Assembly: GCF_002571385.2 (NCBI RefSeq)
Contig: NW_019218055.1
Coordinates: 50,704-114,703 of the forward strand
Length of the DNA stretch: 64,000 nucleotides
Direction of reading: 5' to 3'
Source: Stylophora pistillata
Taxonomy: Eukaryota
The notes under the pieces are model-generated. The model searched no databases. It was not told where the DNA came from and saw nothing but the letters and a program-made list of their open reading frames with translations. Below, in pieces: positions 10,408 to 22,937 of this stretch. A program made the position numbers and the translations under genes. Position 1 is the first letter of the stretch. The number at the start of each line of letters is the position of its first letter.

Positions 10408-13400
10408 TTTAATCCATTTTCGTTGCTAAGGAACCAGATAAGATTTTTTTAAACCATCCCCTAAAAGTTTTCTTGCCAGGCTGCGAGTAAGATTTTATAT
10501 TTATCATAAAGAGTTGTTTCAAATGAGGAAGTGTAGAGCTGTTTTTGTTTCGTAAAAGGCGTCAAAGTGTCAAATGAATAAATCTTAGATCCCATACAAA
10601 AAATACTGTAAAATTCTAGAATAATTAAGGTAACCATTGCTAAAATGTGTTTATCAATTTTTAAGCGTTCTTTGCTTAGGTTACAAAAAAGATGAATTTC
10701 TGATTTTTTCAACAGTAGTATTCTATTCGGAACGAAGTTTTTAGCACGACTTCAATGATACAGTTGGCAATCACTTGTTTCCAAGGAACTTCATTTCAAA
10801 TTAAAAAATATACTGACATTTCTTTTGTTTCTACCAGCTGATTGCCTTGGGGAGTAAAACAAAAACAACAATGCCCAACAGATGATAAATTGTCAAGGAA
10901 CTGGCAAGTGGTTCGACAGCTCGATGAGGTAACGGAACTGTCACCGCGGCCCTCGCCAAAATAGTGTTCTCATCGGGATTTATAAGCCATCGTCTGTTTT
11001 CTTCTCAGAGCACAACATGCAAGTCTCTTTTTGATACAGGATTTTTATTGAACCTGACTTACGCGGAGGATTAATCACCGCCCCAAGAGCTTTCCAGCAG
11101 CTTAGAGGAATCAAGGAATAGACCGGATTCTTTTCTCAGAAGGTAAGTTTGAACGAAATCGCCACAGTCTGTCTCCAGGGTTAAAATTGTGCGCTGGTTT
11201 ACTTATTTCGCAATACTAGGTATTGCGAAATTTTCATCCCAGTAAAACAGCAACTGCAAGAGCTGCAGCTTAACAAAATGATAAATCTTTTCACAAATAT
11301 ATGCGGGAAAGAAACATATGTTCATGTTTTTAAAACTAAGCGCTTTTGCGAGTCGAAATTAGTAAATTTACACAAATACGAAATGAATTTTATCGATACA
11401 AGTTTTCAAGACGCATTCTGTATGAAAAAAAAAGGGAGTCATTGAATAAATTGAGTTCTCATCCTTTTAAAATTAATTCAATTGAACGAATCCAGAATAA
11501 CGAAATAAGAGAACGGAACAGTGTAATCGCCATATTGTAAATTATCGAAAACAGGTCAAAATTTTTTTGACGATCATTCTCTTGTATTTTCTCTTTCTAA
11601 AGTATTTATTTACTTTCACGTTTGATTATGCCCAAAATATTCAAGTAGACGCGAAAGGTTTTTCTGTTTTCTTAAAAAGATCGCCAGTTTAAATTTCAAA
11701 AAAGCCTTCACTGAAATATTAACAAAATTTGCATGGATGCATGTAATGAAATCGTACACAAGAACTTTACAAATCTTTATTTCATCACACCGAGGGAAAA
11801 TCCTAAGAGCGCTGTTCTCGATGTACAAAATAAATACAGTCACTAAGTCCGGCTGGCAGAAAGGACACATTTCGTTTTATTTATAAAAAAATGTAATATA
11901 TATATTTTCGCGATTTTTCACGAATAGTTTACACAGTTTTTTTGTATTCGTACTTTACAGAAAAATATTAGATTTGATGGATGGGTGTCAAAAGCCAAGC
12001 GTATTTCATTTACTTTTTTTGGCTTAATCGTCGAATGAAACAAGGCACATATCACCATATGAAGAACGTAATGGGCAAATTGTTTGTTAAAGTCTCAAGA
12101 AAACAAAGGAAAGTCGAATCGATCTAATTTATCGCATTTTAACTGTCTGTCTGATAATAATCGTGCTATTCGATCAGACCTTTTTGTTTCAACATATTCT
12201 CTTAAATACTTTTCCCTCGAGCAAACTTTTGATACAATTTACATGAAAGAGGATCCACAAAGTTTCTTTGTATCAGCTGCTCAAAATGGTTACACCTTGG
12301 CTTACAGTTTTTCATCGTAATTAATATACATTCTTCAACCTCCTTCCCTAAAATTATTTTTTTAAGAGATGAAACTTCGTTAGAACGTCACGAAGTTCTA
12401 TGTCTTATAGTTTCACATATGTCAAGCCTAACCACTAAAGCACTTTAACTCCATTCACTCGCGCAAGAATGAACAATTATGTTAATGTCGGCAATCCGTT
12501 CTCTGTGTTAAGATTGGTCGAGCCTTTTGCACGACGGGAAGTAGCTAGAGCATGTGATAACGCGGCTTTTTTTTCCCGCCATTTCGGAGAATGGTTGACT
12601 GGCGGCTTTCTCTGATCTTCAGTTCCGGCCTGTTAATAAAACAACTGCCATCTAAGACTTAGCGGGCATATGATTTTGATCTTCGATTTTTACCTTTCGT
12701 TAGGCATGGTTGTCCATGATACAAATTTAGCTTCAACATAAGTTTTCTGAAGATTTCTGGTATTCTCATGTTTAAAAGTCAGCGAAGTACAACTGCCGAA
12801 AAAGTTTGCTTGTCAGAATTGAAGTTTACAAAGGGCTCGAAAAATCGCTGTGAATTTCCATTTCGCCGACTGAATCGAAATACGAAGCATTTAAAAGCAT
12901 AGTCTGAACTTTAAGTGATAATTAATGCGAAACCAAAGGGCAACATGTTTTGCCTTCATCACTTTTTCTGCCATTTACATATGAACTTTAGTGTAAATTA
13001 ATTAAAATTAAATTTCGTGTCTCGCACGAGTTACAAACGACCACACATCACAATTAAGGCAATTTTCTTTAAATTAAAGATGTATGACTCTTCGGTAAAG
13101 CTCAATACAGGATAATAAGTCAACATGATACCTGTACTTGAATAAGCTTTGTGTTCCTAAAGTTTCTACTTCTCCTTTTCCCTATTATTCTATTTCATCT
13201 TATAGATTTCTATGGACGTTTTACTTTCCTTTCGCTTATTTTTCGAGACAGTGGTTTTTTCGAATGTTTTCCTTTGAAATTTTACGCGGGAACCTTGCGC
13301 GTGGGCGGCTAAAAATTGATCCCTTCGCGCATGCCCGACTTTTGACCGCTGTGCTCACATGCTCTGGCTCATGCTTTTTGATCGATTGTTTGAAGTTCTT

Positions 13401-16400
13401 TGGTGGCTCAATTTTGTCCTGGGTTTAAATCCTACTTCCTTTGTCTTAAAGTTTCCCATTCTTGGTTTTTGTCATCGTTATGCCTCAAAACTTTTTTTAA
13501 CAACAAAAAAGGAGTTTTCAACCAGGTTTGAAACTGGTTCGCAACATTCACACATCTCATTAATTCTATGCTATAGCCACTTTTAAAAATTATTCTAGTC
13601 TCCGAAAATGAACACAATTTCCTCTCATTCTAAATATCTACGTGGTTCAAATCTTTTATCAATTAGTTTTTTGTCAAATTTATCGACAAATCTCAAAGAT
13701 AAGCCAAATGCAGAATCGAAAGGGACACTAAATGCGATTTAAAATCCCCCAAAAAAGTTCTTCGTATATTTATTTAAATACATATTATAGGGCTTTCGTG
13801 TTCATTAAAATGATTCTTGTTTTAAGTTTGCCTTCTTGCTGAGAAATATGATAAAAGTTTGCCAATTAGAACTACCTCAAAAAGCAAAATTAAGTTGATT
13901 TTTTTCTCTTTTTATTTAATGGTTCATGACTCAAATCTGAGATCGACGATTTTTATCATGTTATCATGGAAATTTTCAGAGGAAAAATCAGAATTAATTC
14001 ATATATAAACAAAATTTTCCAGTAAAAAATAGTGAAATGAACCGTGAACGATACTTTTTTGCGGAAAAAATTATTGCTTTTTTGACAGTTATAGAAAACG
14101 GTTTATGATCAAACGTCCTACGCATAATTTTAAAGATAATCTCGTTTCTCGTTAGTCTGGTAAGCTTTGCCTCAAATGATCAGATTGAAGTGATAAGATT
14201 TTCCTTCCAAATTTCTGTTTTATCTGTTTGAGGCTTCCCATGTTTATAATCAAATTTTCTAGTAGAAATTTAACTGGTATTGTTATCTCTCTTAAAGTTA
14301 TTGTTTTGGATTGAAAATAATTGATGTAAAAATACCTGGTATAAATTATCAGTTTATATCAATCACGACCATTGGGAGAGAGTTGCATAATCCAATTTCT
14401 TCCACTCTCATGAATTCCCTCACAAAGATTCTCATTCATTGGCAGGGGAATTTAAAATCTTCGTCTGAGACTGAGGTAGGACTTCTTAGATAAAATATAT
14501 TATAATTAACATCACGTATGTTTCTCTCACCTCACGAATCTAACTGACCGCCTTAAAGACGTATTTTCACCGCTGGCTTTAATTTGCATTTAACCTTGAC
14601 AAAAAAGTAAGCATTCGTTGACTTCCTGAAAAACTTTACACGGATATTCAGTTGTATTATTAAAAGGGATTCTAACATTTCCTAGTATTCTCTTTCCTCA
14701 AAAGCTAAAGGTACGGATGGGTAAAAGAACATTTTCAAGGTTTTTTCCCGCAATATATGGATTGATAAACATGTTTTGAATACCCAAAATGAATTTATAA
14801 CAAAGCCATCTTCGATATGCGTTGAAACTCTAATCTTTTTCCACAAAATTTTAAAATAATGAATAGCATATTTTCTGAAACCTACTGCCTTCATTCTTAC
14901 ATTTCAGAAGCAAGTTATTTTCAGTTTGGACTTTTTCGTTGAACTAGAGCCAATTTACGGTTAACCTTTGTACTAAGAGATGGGCGGTTCTCAATCTGTG
15001 CGTGAATTTAGTTTTGATTTTAAATCCGGCAATTTTATACCTATTTTTTAATCTATATTAACTTAAAAAAAATAAAGAAGCGTAAACTAGGATTTTGGAA
15101 GGATGGTTGTACTTTAAAAATGATATGGCCGATCTCTTAGTAAGATTTTTTAGAAAAATTTAAGGAAATAGGAAAAAGATAATGACAGACAGTCTCTTGC
15201 CAAAGATTTATTCCCTAAGGAAACAACAATACTAAATATGGTTAGCTCATACAAAAAAGATAAATATTTAAGTCTTTCAAAAATCACTTAGAACAACATT
15301 TTCAAAATTTACATCACTAAGTATAACTTTCCTCACGTGTTATGAATACCATTCTCTGAGTGTTTTTTTCTTGTTATACCAACGCTTTTTAGATAAATTA
15401 TTTCTTCAATACTCCACACAAGTAAATTGACCGAGAAGGCATAAATTAACGCGCTTTATCCCAGTATATTACCAATGAACTTAGGGGAAATGTTGGAGGT
15501 GAATTATCCTTTCGCGTGTTTAGCGAAGAGACAGATTTTAAGCAAAGCAGGTTAGAGAATTTTTGTGATAAGAAATAGAATATTCCGGAATAATCCGGAA
15601 GTTCATCGCTCTATATTTTGCTCTCCCATTAGGGTTTTCAAAAACACGGAACTTGCTGGTGTAAAATGATGAATGACTGACACTTTGTTCGCCGCAAATG
15701 AGGCGAGAAAACTAACCAATTCAAATTAGCTAATCAAATAGACGTTTAATATGGTAAATTTCACTCCTGTAATGATGCATTTAGCACTTATCTAGAGCTT
15801 TAGTAACACATTTTGCACTTCTTTTATGTCAATTTGTCCTTTCTTGTCAAATTTAAAATTTGAGTGGAAATTACCACGAGTTTTCATTAAGCTGGAGGGG
15901 GCTCACAATGGCGTCCAACTGCCACCAAGGGGTATGTGGGCTGTTTTTCTTAATAGAAATGACTTTATTTCCTCGACCAAGAGAGGAGATGACAGTATTT
16001 CTATTTCTTCCCCCTTCCCCCCCTCGCAATCTTAGCGACTTTCTTTGAAATATTTTTCGCGTCCTCATGGCAACCCATTGCACTTAAATTTTAAAGAGGA
16101 ACACGACTCTTAAAATTTTAACATTGTATTGGTTATAGATTCTCGGGCGATGAATAGATAAATGAATGGAGCAAACATATATATACGTTCAAATGAGAGA
16201 AACCTAAACAAACAAGGTAATGATGGGCTTTTTACAGAATTTTTTTGTATTTCTTTATCGAAAATTCATAATTTGTGAACATCTTCGCTTAATTTTTCAC
16301 ACCATATTAGTCTCTTTCCCACAGCAACATAAAAAATCCTGAACCTCGTTAAAAAAAGTGCAATTCAACTTAAAGATCAGTATGTTGTAGCTTCGATTCT

Positions 16401-17182
16401 TGGTTAAAACAGGAAGAAGCGCAAAATTAGGTAAATTATTGCTCCAAACTACCATTGTATGAGAAGATCCCTAACTAAATACGGCTTCATGATCAATCAC
16501 TTCCGTTTTAACTCTAAAATTTGTTAAATAATTCAAACCTGAAGAGTATTTTGATATATTGCACATACGAAAACATACATATGCTATAACTCGTTGCTAA
16601 ATTACCCGTCCTGAAAATAATCAGTCGAAGTTTTGGAGACTTTTTTTTTTCGAATCCGTTTCTTTAGGTTGCGTTTGATCTAAAGCAAGTGTCTTCAAAT
16701 TTATGTTTTTCTTTTAAATTCATAAATTAAACACGACGAAGCCAATTGCCTAAGCTTCATAATCCTTTCACAAAATGTATGCTAAACGCCATACATAATA
16801 CTGTATTTACCCTCAATGAATATTAATGATTCCGCCGTTATTTCTAGGACAATATTTCGGAACACTCTTTAGAAACATTCCCCACACATATGCTCTACTT
16901 CGCTTGGCTTCTAACGATAAGTTTATTTTGTGATGTCGCATGATTCATGCTGCGCTTTCGCCTGATACACGAGAATCAAACCGAGGTATCCTGCTTGAGT
17001 CAATGCAAGAGAAATGAAATTGTGCTCTCAGGGTTCTGAGTCACGACTAATCGAAATTTTTTTGATGTTTTGGTAGGTCTCAAATTAGCTGCGGGGAATG
17101 TCTCTTTTAATAATATTACCTTTATAAACTATGTAACTCTTCTGAACTTAAAATACATGCATAGTGAATTGTTTTATTTCAG

Positions 17183-17281
17183 AGACTTCACGGCTTCCGT
17201 TAAAGGAAAATAACAACAAACTTGTTCGAGCACCGGTTAGCGGTGAAGAAACGCTGACGCTTATCTTATAAATAATTGGAG
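17183..17281 (+). other. Candidate non-coding exon (PDE4 5' UTR or lncRNA)
   Basis: TTTTATTTCAG acceptor and GAG|GTAAGA donor; no ATG. Similar candidates at 10838-10928 and 11009-11142 (AAG|GTAAGT). Confidence 0.4.
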
Positions 17282-19128
17282 GTAAGATATGAATATTTTT
17301 TTTTAACATTACATGCTTGAATTTTTAGAGAGAACAAAACAATCATGGGATGTTGTATTTCCAATAATACCGTCGAAGCTAAAACTGCTAGCTATAAACG
17401 CAAACTTAAACTGCTAGCTATAAACGCAAACTTTGAAGAAAATTTTACCAAAGAGCTTCCTCTAATGAAGTCGAATTGGGTAATTCACCAAGTCAGCTAT
17501 TAAGTAAAAGTATTGAAGATGAAAACCGGTTGATAGCAGTTTTTCCTATGCCTTAGATGAGTGTTCGCAAATTTATATGCAAACTAGCCCCATGTTTGTT
17601 TTTTAGAGTTCAAATAACGCATAGCGGCTCTGTAAAGTCTCGACAAAGTATAAATTGGAAAATATATTTTGAATACAATTGGGATTCTTGAGAACCTTCT
17701 TGACTGAAGAAAACTCGTCGAGTCTGGTATAATTTTATTTTGAAATCGTCTTCCCATACGCCAGCTGTGTCGTTGTTTTATTTTTATAGTTTTCTTATCC
17801 ATTCAATTCTTTACGAAGAAAATTTAATCGGATCTTCTGCTTGAGTGCAGCTCTGCGTGAGAGTAGAAAACTTCTGAACATTAACAGCAATCTTTACTTG
17901 CGCGTTCGAATGAAACATTGCTTAACCCGAAAAAATAATTACACTTATATTTATTGATATTTTTCGCCAACCTGAACAAATATTACTTTAAATTTGTCTT
18001 TCACCACTGACTCCACAGAGGAGAAATTGTCAATATACAGCTTAGCACCATTTTGTCAACGATAAGCACAAATTGAGACCGAGTACTGCTAACATGACGT
18101 TATATAAATAAAATGTGAAATGTTAAAACTAATTTTCAAAATTCACGCAAGCGAAAGGTGGTTTATTTATATTTTTCTATCCGGCTACCAGCTTAGATCT
18201 TTTTCTAGAGTCCTGTTGCGTCTTTAAGGGCAAGAAGTAAACTTTGAACAACGGGAGATCCACTGCAAACTGTACTATCCGCCCTCGGTAGCTATTAAAA
18301 TGTTCATCTTTGTTGAGCAGGTGTCGCACTAACGGCGGACGAGGTCACAGTGCATTAAATATTCACATATTTACATAAAATTTAACGAAATTTGCTTTTT
18401 TGTGTATTTGCTTTCAATTACCTTGAGACGTCCTGCCAAGTGGAAAACTATTGACTTAGTCGGTAAGCCGCTGATACAACGTGATGCTAGAAAAAAATTG
18501 TAATAATAATAAAAAAAAAAACATGTTCAATCCTCTAAATTTTTCGAACACCAAAATAATTTCCTTCAAATATAAGGTCTTCCTGAGCATTTTTCTCCCG
18601 ATGAATTATAGTCTCTCTACTTTAACGTCTTATAGTAATTTCAGGGTTAATATGAGTCTTCGTTTTCAACATGCAGAGACTGGAAACCTTTACAAGTCTC
18701 GCATCAGAATCAGCGAAAATTTTAAATCGTTTTAAAAAAAATATCCTATTTTATGTAAACATGTTATGAGTTTTTCTGTACAGGTTTCATTATCTGTTGA
18801 TATTGTTTCTGTTGCAGTTATTAAATATCGTTGTTGGGCAATTCTCCATAATCAATCGACACACATGAAAGCTGTTTGTCTCACAAGAATGGAAGAAATT
18901 TTTTTTGCACATTCAACGGAATTAATTACGAAATTAGCTCGTTAACTCTCAGAATTTCTCGAAATGTACCGTCTCTCAATAATATCAATACATTATTCAG
19001 AAAATAGCTGTCGAGAATGAACAACTTTATCAGCTAAAAAGTGTTTCACTGATTTGTAACACCAAATTCTTCTAACTAATTCACAAAGAAATGGACAGCA
19101 GCCAAAGTGGGAATTACTCGTCAGATCA

Positions 19129-19232
19129 TAAAATAATAACCAAACAACCGGAAATAAAATAATAACCAAACAACCGGAAATAAAATAATAACCAAACAAC
19201 CGGAAATAAAATAATAACCAAACAACCGGAAA
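19129..19232. repeat. Tandem repeat, 4 perfect copies of 26 bp (TAAAATAATAACCAAACAACCGGAAA)
   Basis: Read directly from the sequence. Confidence 0.95.
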
Positions 19233-20125
19233 AAGACATCTAATACGCAAAACACGAGGTAAAGGAAACAAGAAATGAAAAACAAAGCAGATTTATTTTC
19301 TCTGCTCACCGGGGTCAGCTGCCAGATAAGTCAATTTTGACTTGAGCTAAGGTGGAGTTTTAGTAAACACTCAACTTATTGTTAATTCCTCAGTGTTGTG
19401 TTCTGTCGTTATCGAAAATTTTTCACACCAAGCTGACCATTCAAATCCCATTAGAACTAAACAGTAACTTGTAACTTGCCTTTTTGTGGTATTTTCTTTA
19501 AGTACGATTTTGTAAGAGTTGAGGTGTTAGTTTTTACAGCTATACTTTAATTTTTGCTCCTCCTCCTCCTTCTTTTCGACATTTTTTTTGTTTTGTTTTT
19601 GCTAAGAGAAAAGCAAATATGGTTTGAAAAAATACCGGTACATTTGTGTATGCCTGCACTTCGCGCATGCGCAAGTGCGTCTTCGCTCAGAAAACGTGCA
19701 TACCAAAATGCATACAGCTATCCAAGAGCTGGATATGACAAAAACGTATATATCCCTATATGCAGGAATGGGCTCCTGGTATATGAAATGATCATATGAA
19801 ATGATCTTTTTAGGGAATTATAGGTTGATGTAAAGTGAGAGTGCAAGAGGTCATATTTATTAGCGTCTTGGGTTGCCCACTTGAGTTGAAACGTTCGTCA
19901 TTTAATAGTGCGGAAAGGTCCAAAACAACGAGTTGCACTATCACTGTCGGAGACATTTTCGTGTTTAAAACTTAGTTGTTTTGTATAAAAAAAGAAAGAA
20001 ATCAGACTGATGAGCTAAAAATATTTTCAAGCACTTCTCTAAATGTTTTTTCCAGACAAAAACAATAGGATCGTCTTTTTGATGTCATCACTTCCCTTTC
20101 CCGCCAAACACTTTCTCTGCACAGA

Positions 20126-20133
20126 TGACGTCA
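20126..20133. promoter_or_regulatory. cAMP response element (TGACGTCA)
   Basis: Perfect palindrome with nearby TGATGTCA (20080) and TGACG (20163) in a CpG-rich, promoter-like patch. Confidence 0.5.
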
Positions 20134-22929
20134 ATGGCCGGCTGTGTTAATCTGATCTTGTGACGGTAACGAAAAATCTCTCGCAGTTGGAGTTTCTGTA
20201 GTCCGTGAGCTGTTTACTCGCTCGTTCACTTTTCTAAAAGCCTTTTTGGGCTCTGAGTAATGATAGGACATCGAAAAAGCGTGGATTGGCACAAGGTTGG
20301 TTGAAATACTTCATCATATTGATTTTGCGTTGGAAGCTTTGCGGCTGTTTTGTCGTGATTTATTTGTCGAGAAGCATTGCCCAAGTTTGCGCGCGTGTAA
20401 TCGACGTTTGTGCTAACAAAATTATATTTAATTTCTTTGGCCGATCATCATCCTTTAGAGGACGTATTTCTTATTGAAGGGAGTTTGAAATGCTTGTTCC
20501 ATGCTGCATAATTCAGGGAATTTCGCAGCACAATTATTTCTAGCTTTGACGTTAATGGTAAACAAATTAAATTCACTGAATTAATGAATAACATTTTGTA
20601 AATCTATCCAAATTTTGTAAGTCTCCCGTCCAAACATGAAATTGTCATGCATCATTTTCTTTAATACGTAACTTCATATTTCCTCGCAGAATTTCGAAGC
20701 ACTGTTAGAAAGAATTATACAGCTTGGAAAGCTTTGGAAAGCTTTCGTAAGTTTTGAAAATTTTCGTCGCAAAATTAAAACTTGCGGCTCATAAATTCTG
20801 TTGCTTGGATCGAGTCTATTATTTTCAATTTGTATTTTTTCTCTATTCGTACCTAAATCCTGTTTGTGGTCAAGACAAAAAGCTTTACAGGTGTTTGCGG
20901 CTTCATTTCATACTTTTTTCTCACTCATGGGCACAAAAACCAGCCCGTTAGAAGAGCTTATGTCGCTTCTAATTAATAACATTTTGGTTTTGTAATGCCG
21001 GAGAGTGTTAAGGGATATAAATATCAGTTTTCCCCCCCGTAATTCCGGTCTAGAAAAGTACACATAATCACGATTTTCATCTTCCCTTTATACCACGCCT
21101 TATGTGGCAATTTTCGACATGATATTAGATCTTTGGACGCTAAATGAAATGGCTTGATTTTACTGCTCGACTGGCAGTCGACTGTACTTGTGTTAGCCGA
21201 CGGAGTGGAAAAAGTCGGCAATGTTAAAAAGTAATCTTGTCACGAATTCATGTTTACAGAATTTTTTAAGGGTCCATAAAAGCTTGTCTTTGGTGTAAAT
21301 CAGGTGGAGTTTCGTGTGGCAAATTTTAAGTCATTTTACAACCACAATACATTATTCATTAATGGCTCATAATCGAAAAATAGACATATTTGACAATTTT
21401 TGCTAATTACCTACAGGAAATCGTAACTGAGCGAAACTATGATCGGTCGGGTGTAATAACACACCATGATACTTGGAAGACGTGTTAACTTGCATTTTGT
21501 TGATTGAGATTTTATTGACCAAATTTGTGTTCTTATTGAAAAAGGAAGTTTAAACATGAAGGTACATTTTTTTGGCTTTTCACCAAAATTGGCAAATAAG
21601 AAAACTGAACTTTTCAAAGTGGAATCAAGAGAAAACTATTTTTTAAAGGAAAACGTTGGATCTTTTGACTTGCTTCATTAGAAGCTCGTCGAAAAGCGTC
21701 GTCAGTTGGAAACAATGAGTAAATAATTTGCGAGGAAAGAGAAACATGAAAGAGGCAGAGATACTCCAAAAATAATCATGTAATTGTTAAGGATGAAGAA
21801 AACTGAACTAGATTGAGGCTCGTCAGACTTGATCTATCTCGGAACAAAGGGGGTAAAGTTAGAATCAATTTGTTCAAATGATTTGACAATCACCCTTATC
21901 ACTGATAAGCTTACGGTCTTTGTTCCCAAAGTTGTCTATCCTCTAAGCTAATCTCGAGAGATTTTAGATTTGCACGCAAAATGTAATGTAATACTTTTTC
22001 ACAAATTTTTTTGCTCTTGAAAAGGTGCCGTGGTTTCCGCTCTCGAAAATGAAATTCAAAGAAAGCTAATACCTTTTAAGGTAATGACAGCGTTTCTTAA
22101 AACATGCTTCTATAGAGAAGCTTTTTGCGGAGTTTGCTCACGTGAGGTAAATTTAATACTGAGTTCCAACTGCGGGTATCCCCGGTTCCTTTCCGGATTT
22201 TTATAGCTTGGTAATTTTAATTACGAATTCACCTACGCACTTATATTGGGGAAATAGTTATTTCCTTTTTGAAACAAGGCCAAGGGCAAACTTTCTGTAG
22301 AAACCCTGTCCGAAGTAAACGCATTGAAGACTCGTAGACTCGTATTTTATCAGAGAAAAATCTGATCGTAGTGTTTCATCTCTGTTAGCTTTCAACTCTC
22401 ATATCCTCTTCGAAAAACTCAGAAGTTCTTGCTTGATTCTTGATCAACTGCGCGAGTCTGATTTATGCCACACATACGAACTCGTAATGGCGCTGAAAAG
22501 GAGTGAAATGATAAAATTAAAGACCGCTAGGGCCAGTTTTTTCCTTAAACCGCGTGAAGACACGAAAATATGAAATTTTCCCACAGCAGATGGCAATCTA
22601 TTCAATTACTTCTGGTTTGCCAATGTTCTTCCCGGGTAGACTTCACCAATTTCGTTGCAATGATTAATGTAGAACTTTCAAGAAGTACACGATTTTTTGT
22701 TTACCATATAGGATTATAGGCGGTTTAATAAGCAAAAAGTATTTTTCGCTCTGTAAGGCATACATCAACAACAGACAACTCCGATGCGTTCGGTTTCCAA
22801 ATTTACTTAAACATCAGTGTGTTCTAAATTACAAATTTATGATTGCACTGGATAATGGATTTCCATAACGATTATTTACATTTTCCGAAGCTTTGTCGGA
22901 TAGTCAGTCTGGAAATTTTTTAATTTCTA

Positions 22930-22937
22930 TGACGTCA
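22930..22937. promoter_or_regulatory. cAMP response element (TGACGTCA)
   Basis: Perfect palindrome followed by CGGAAG (ETS) and CCAAT, about 190 bp before the candidate first-exon donor at 23132. Confidence 0.5.

Noticed and set aside
19129-19232. CRISPR-like array
   Set aside because: The repeats are contiguous with no spacers, there are no cas genes, and the context is eukaryotic.
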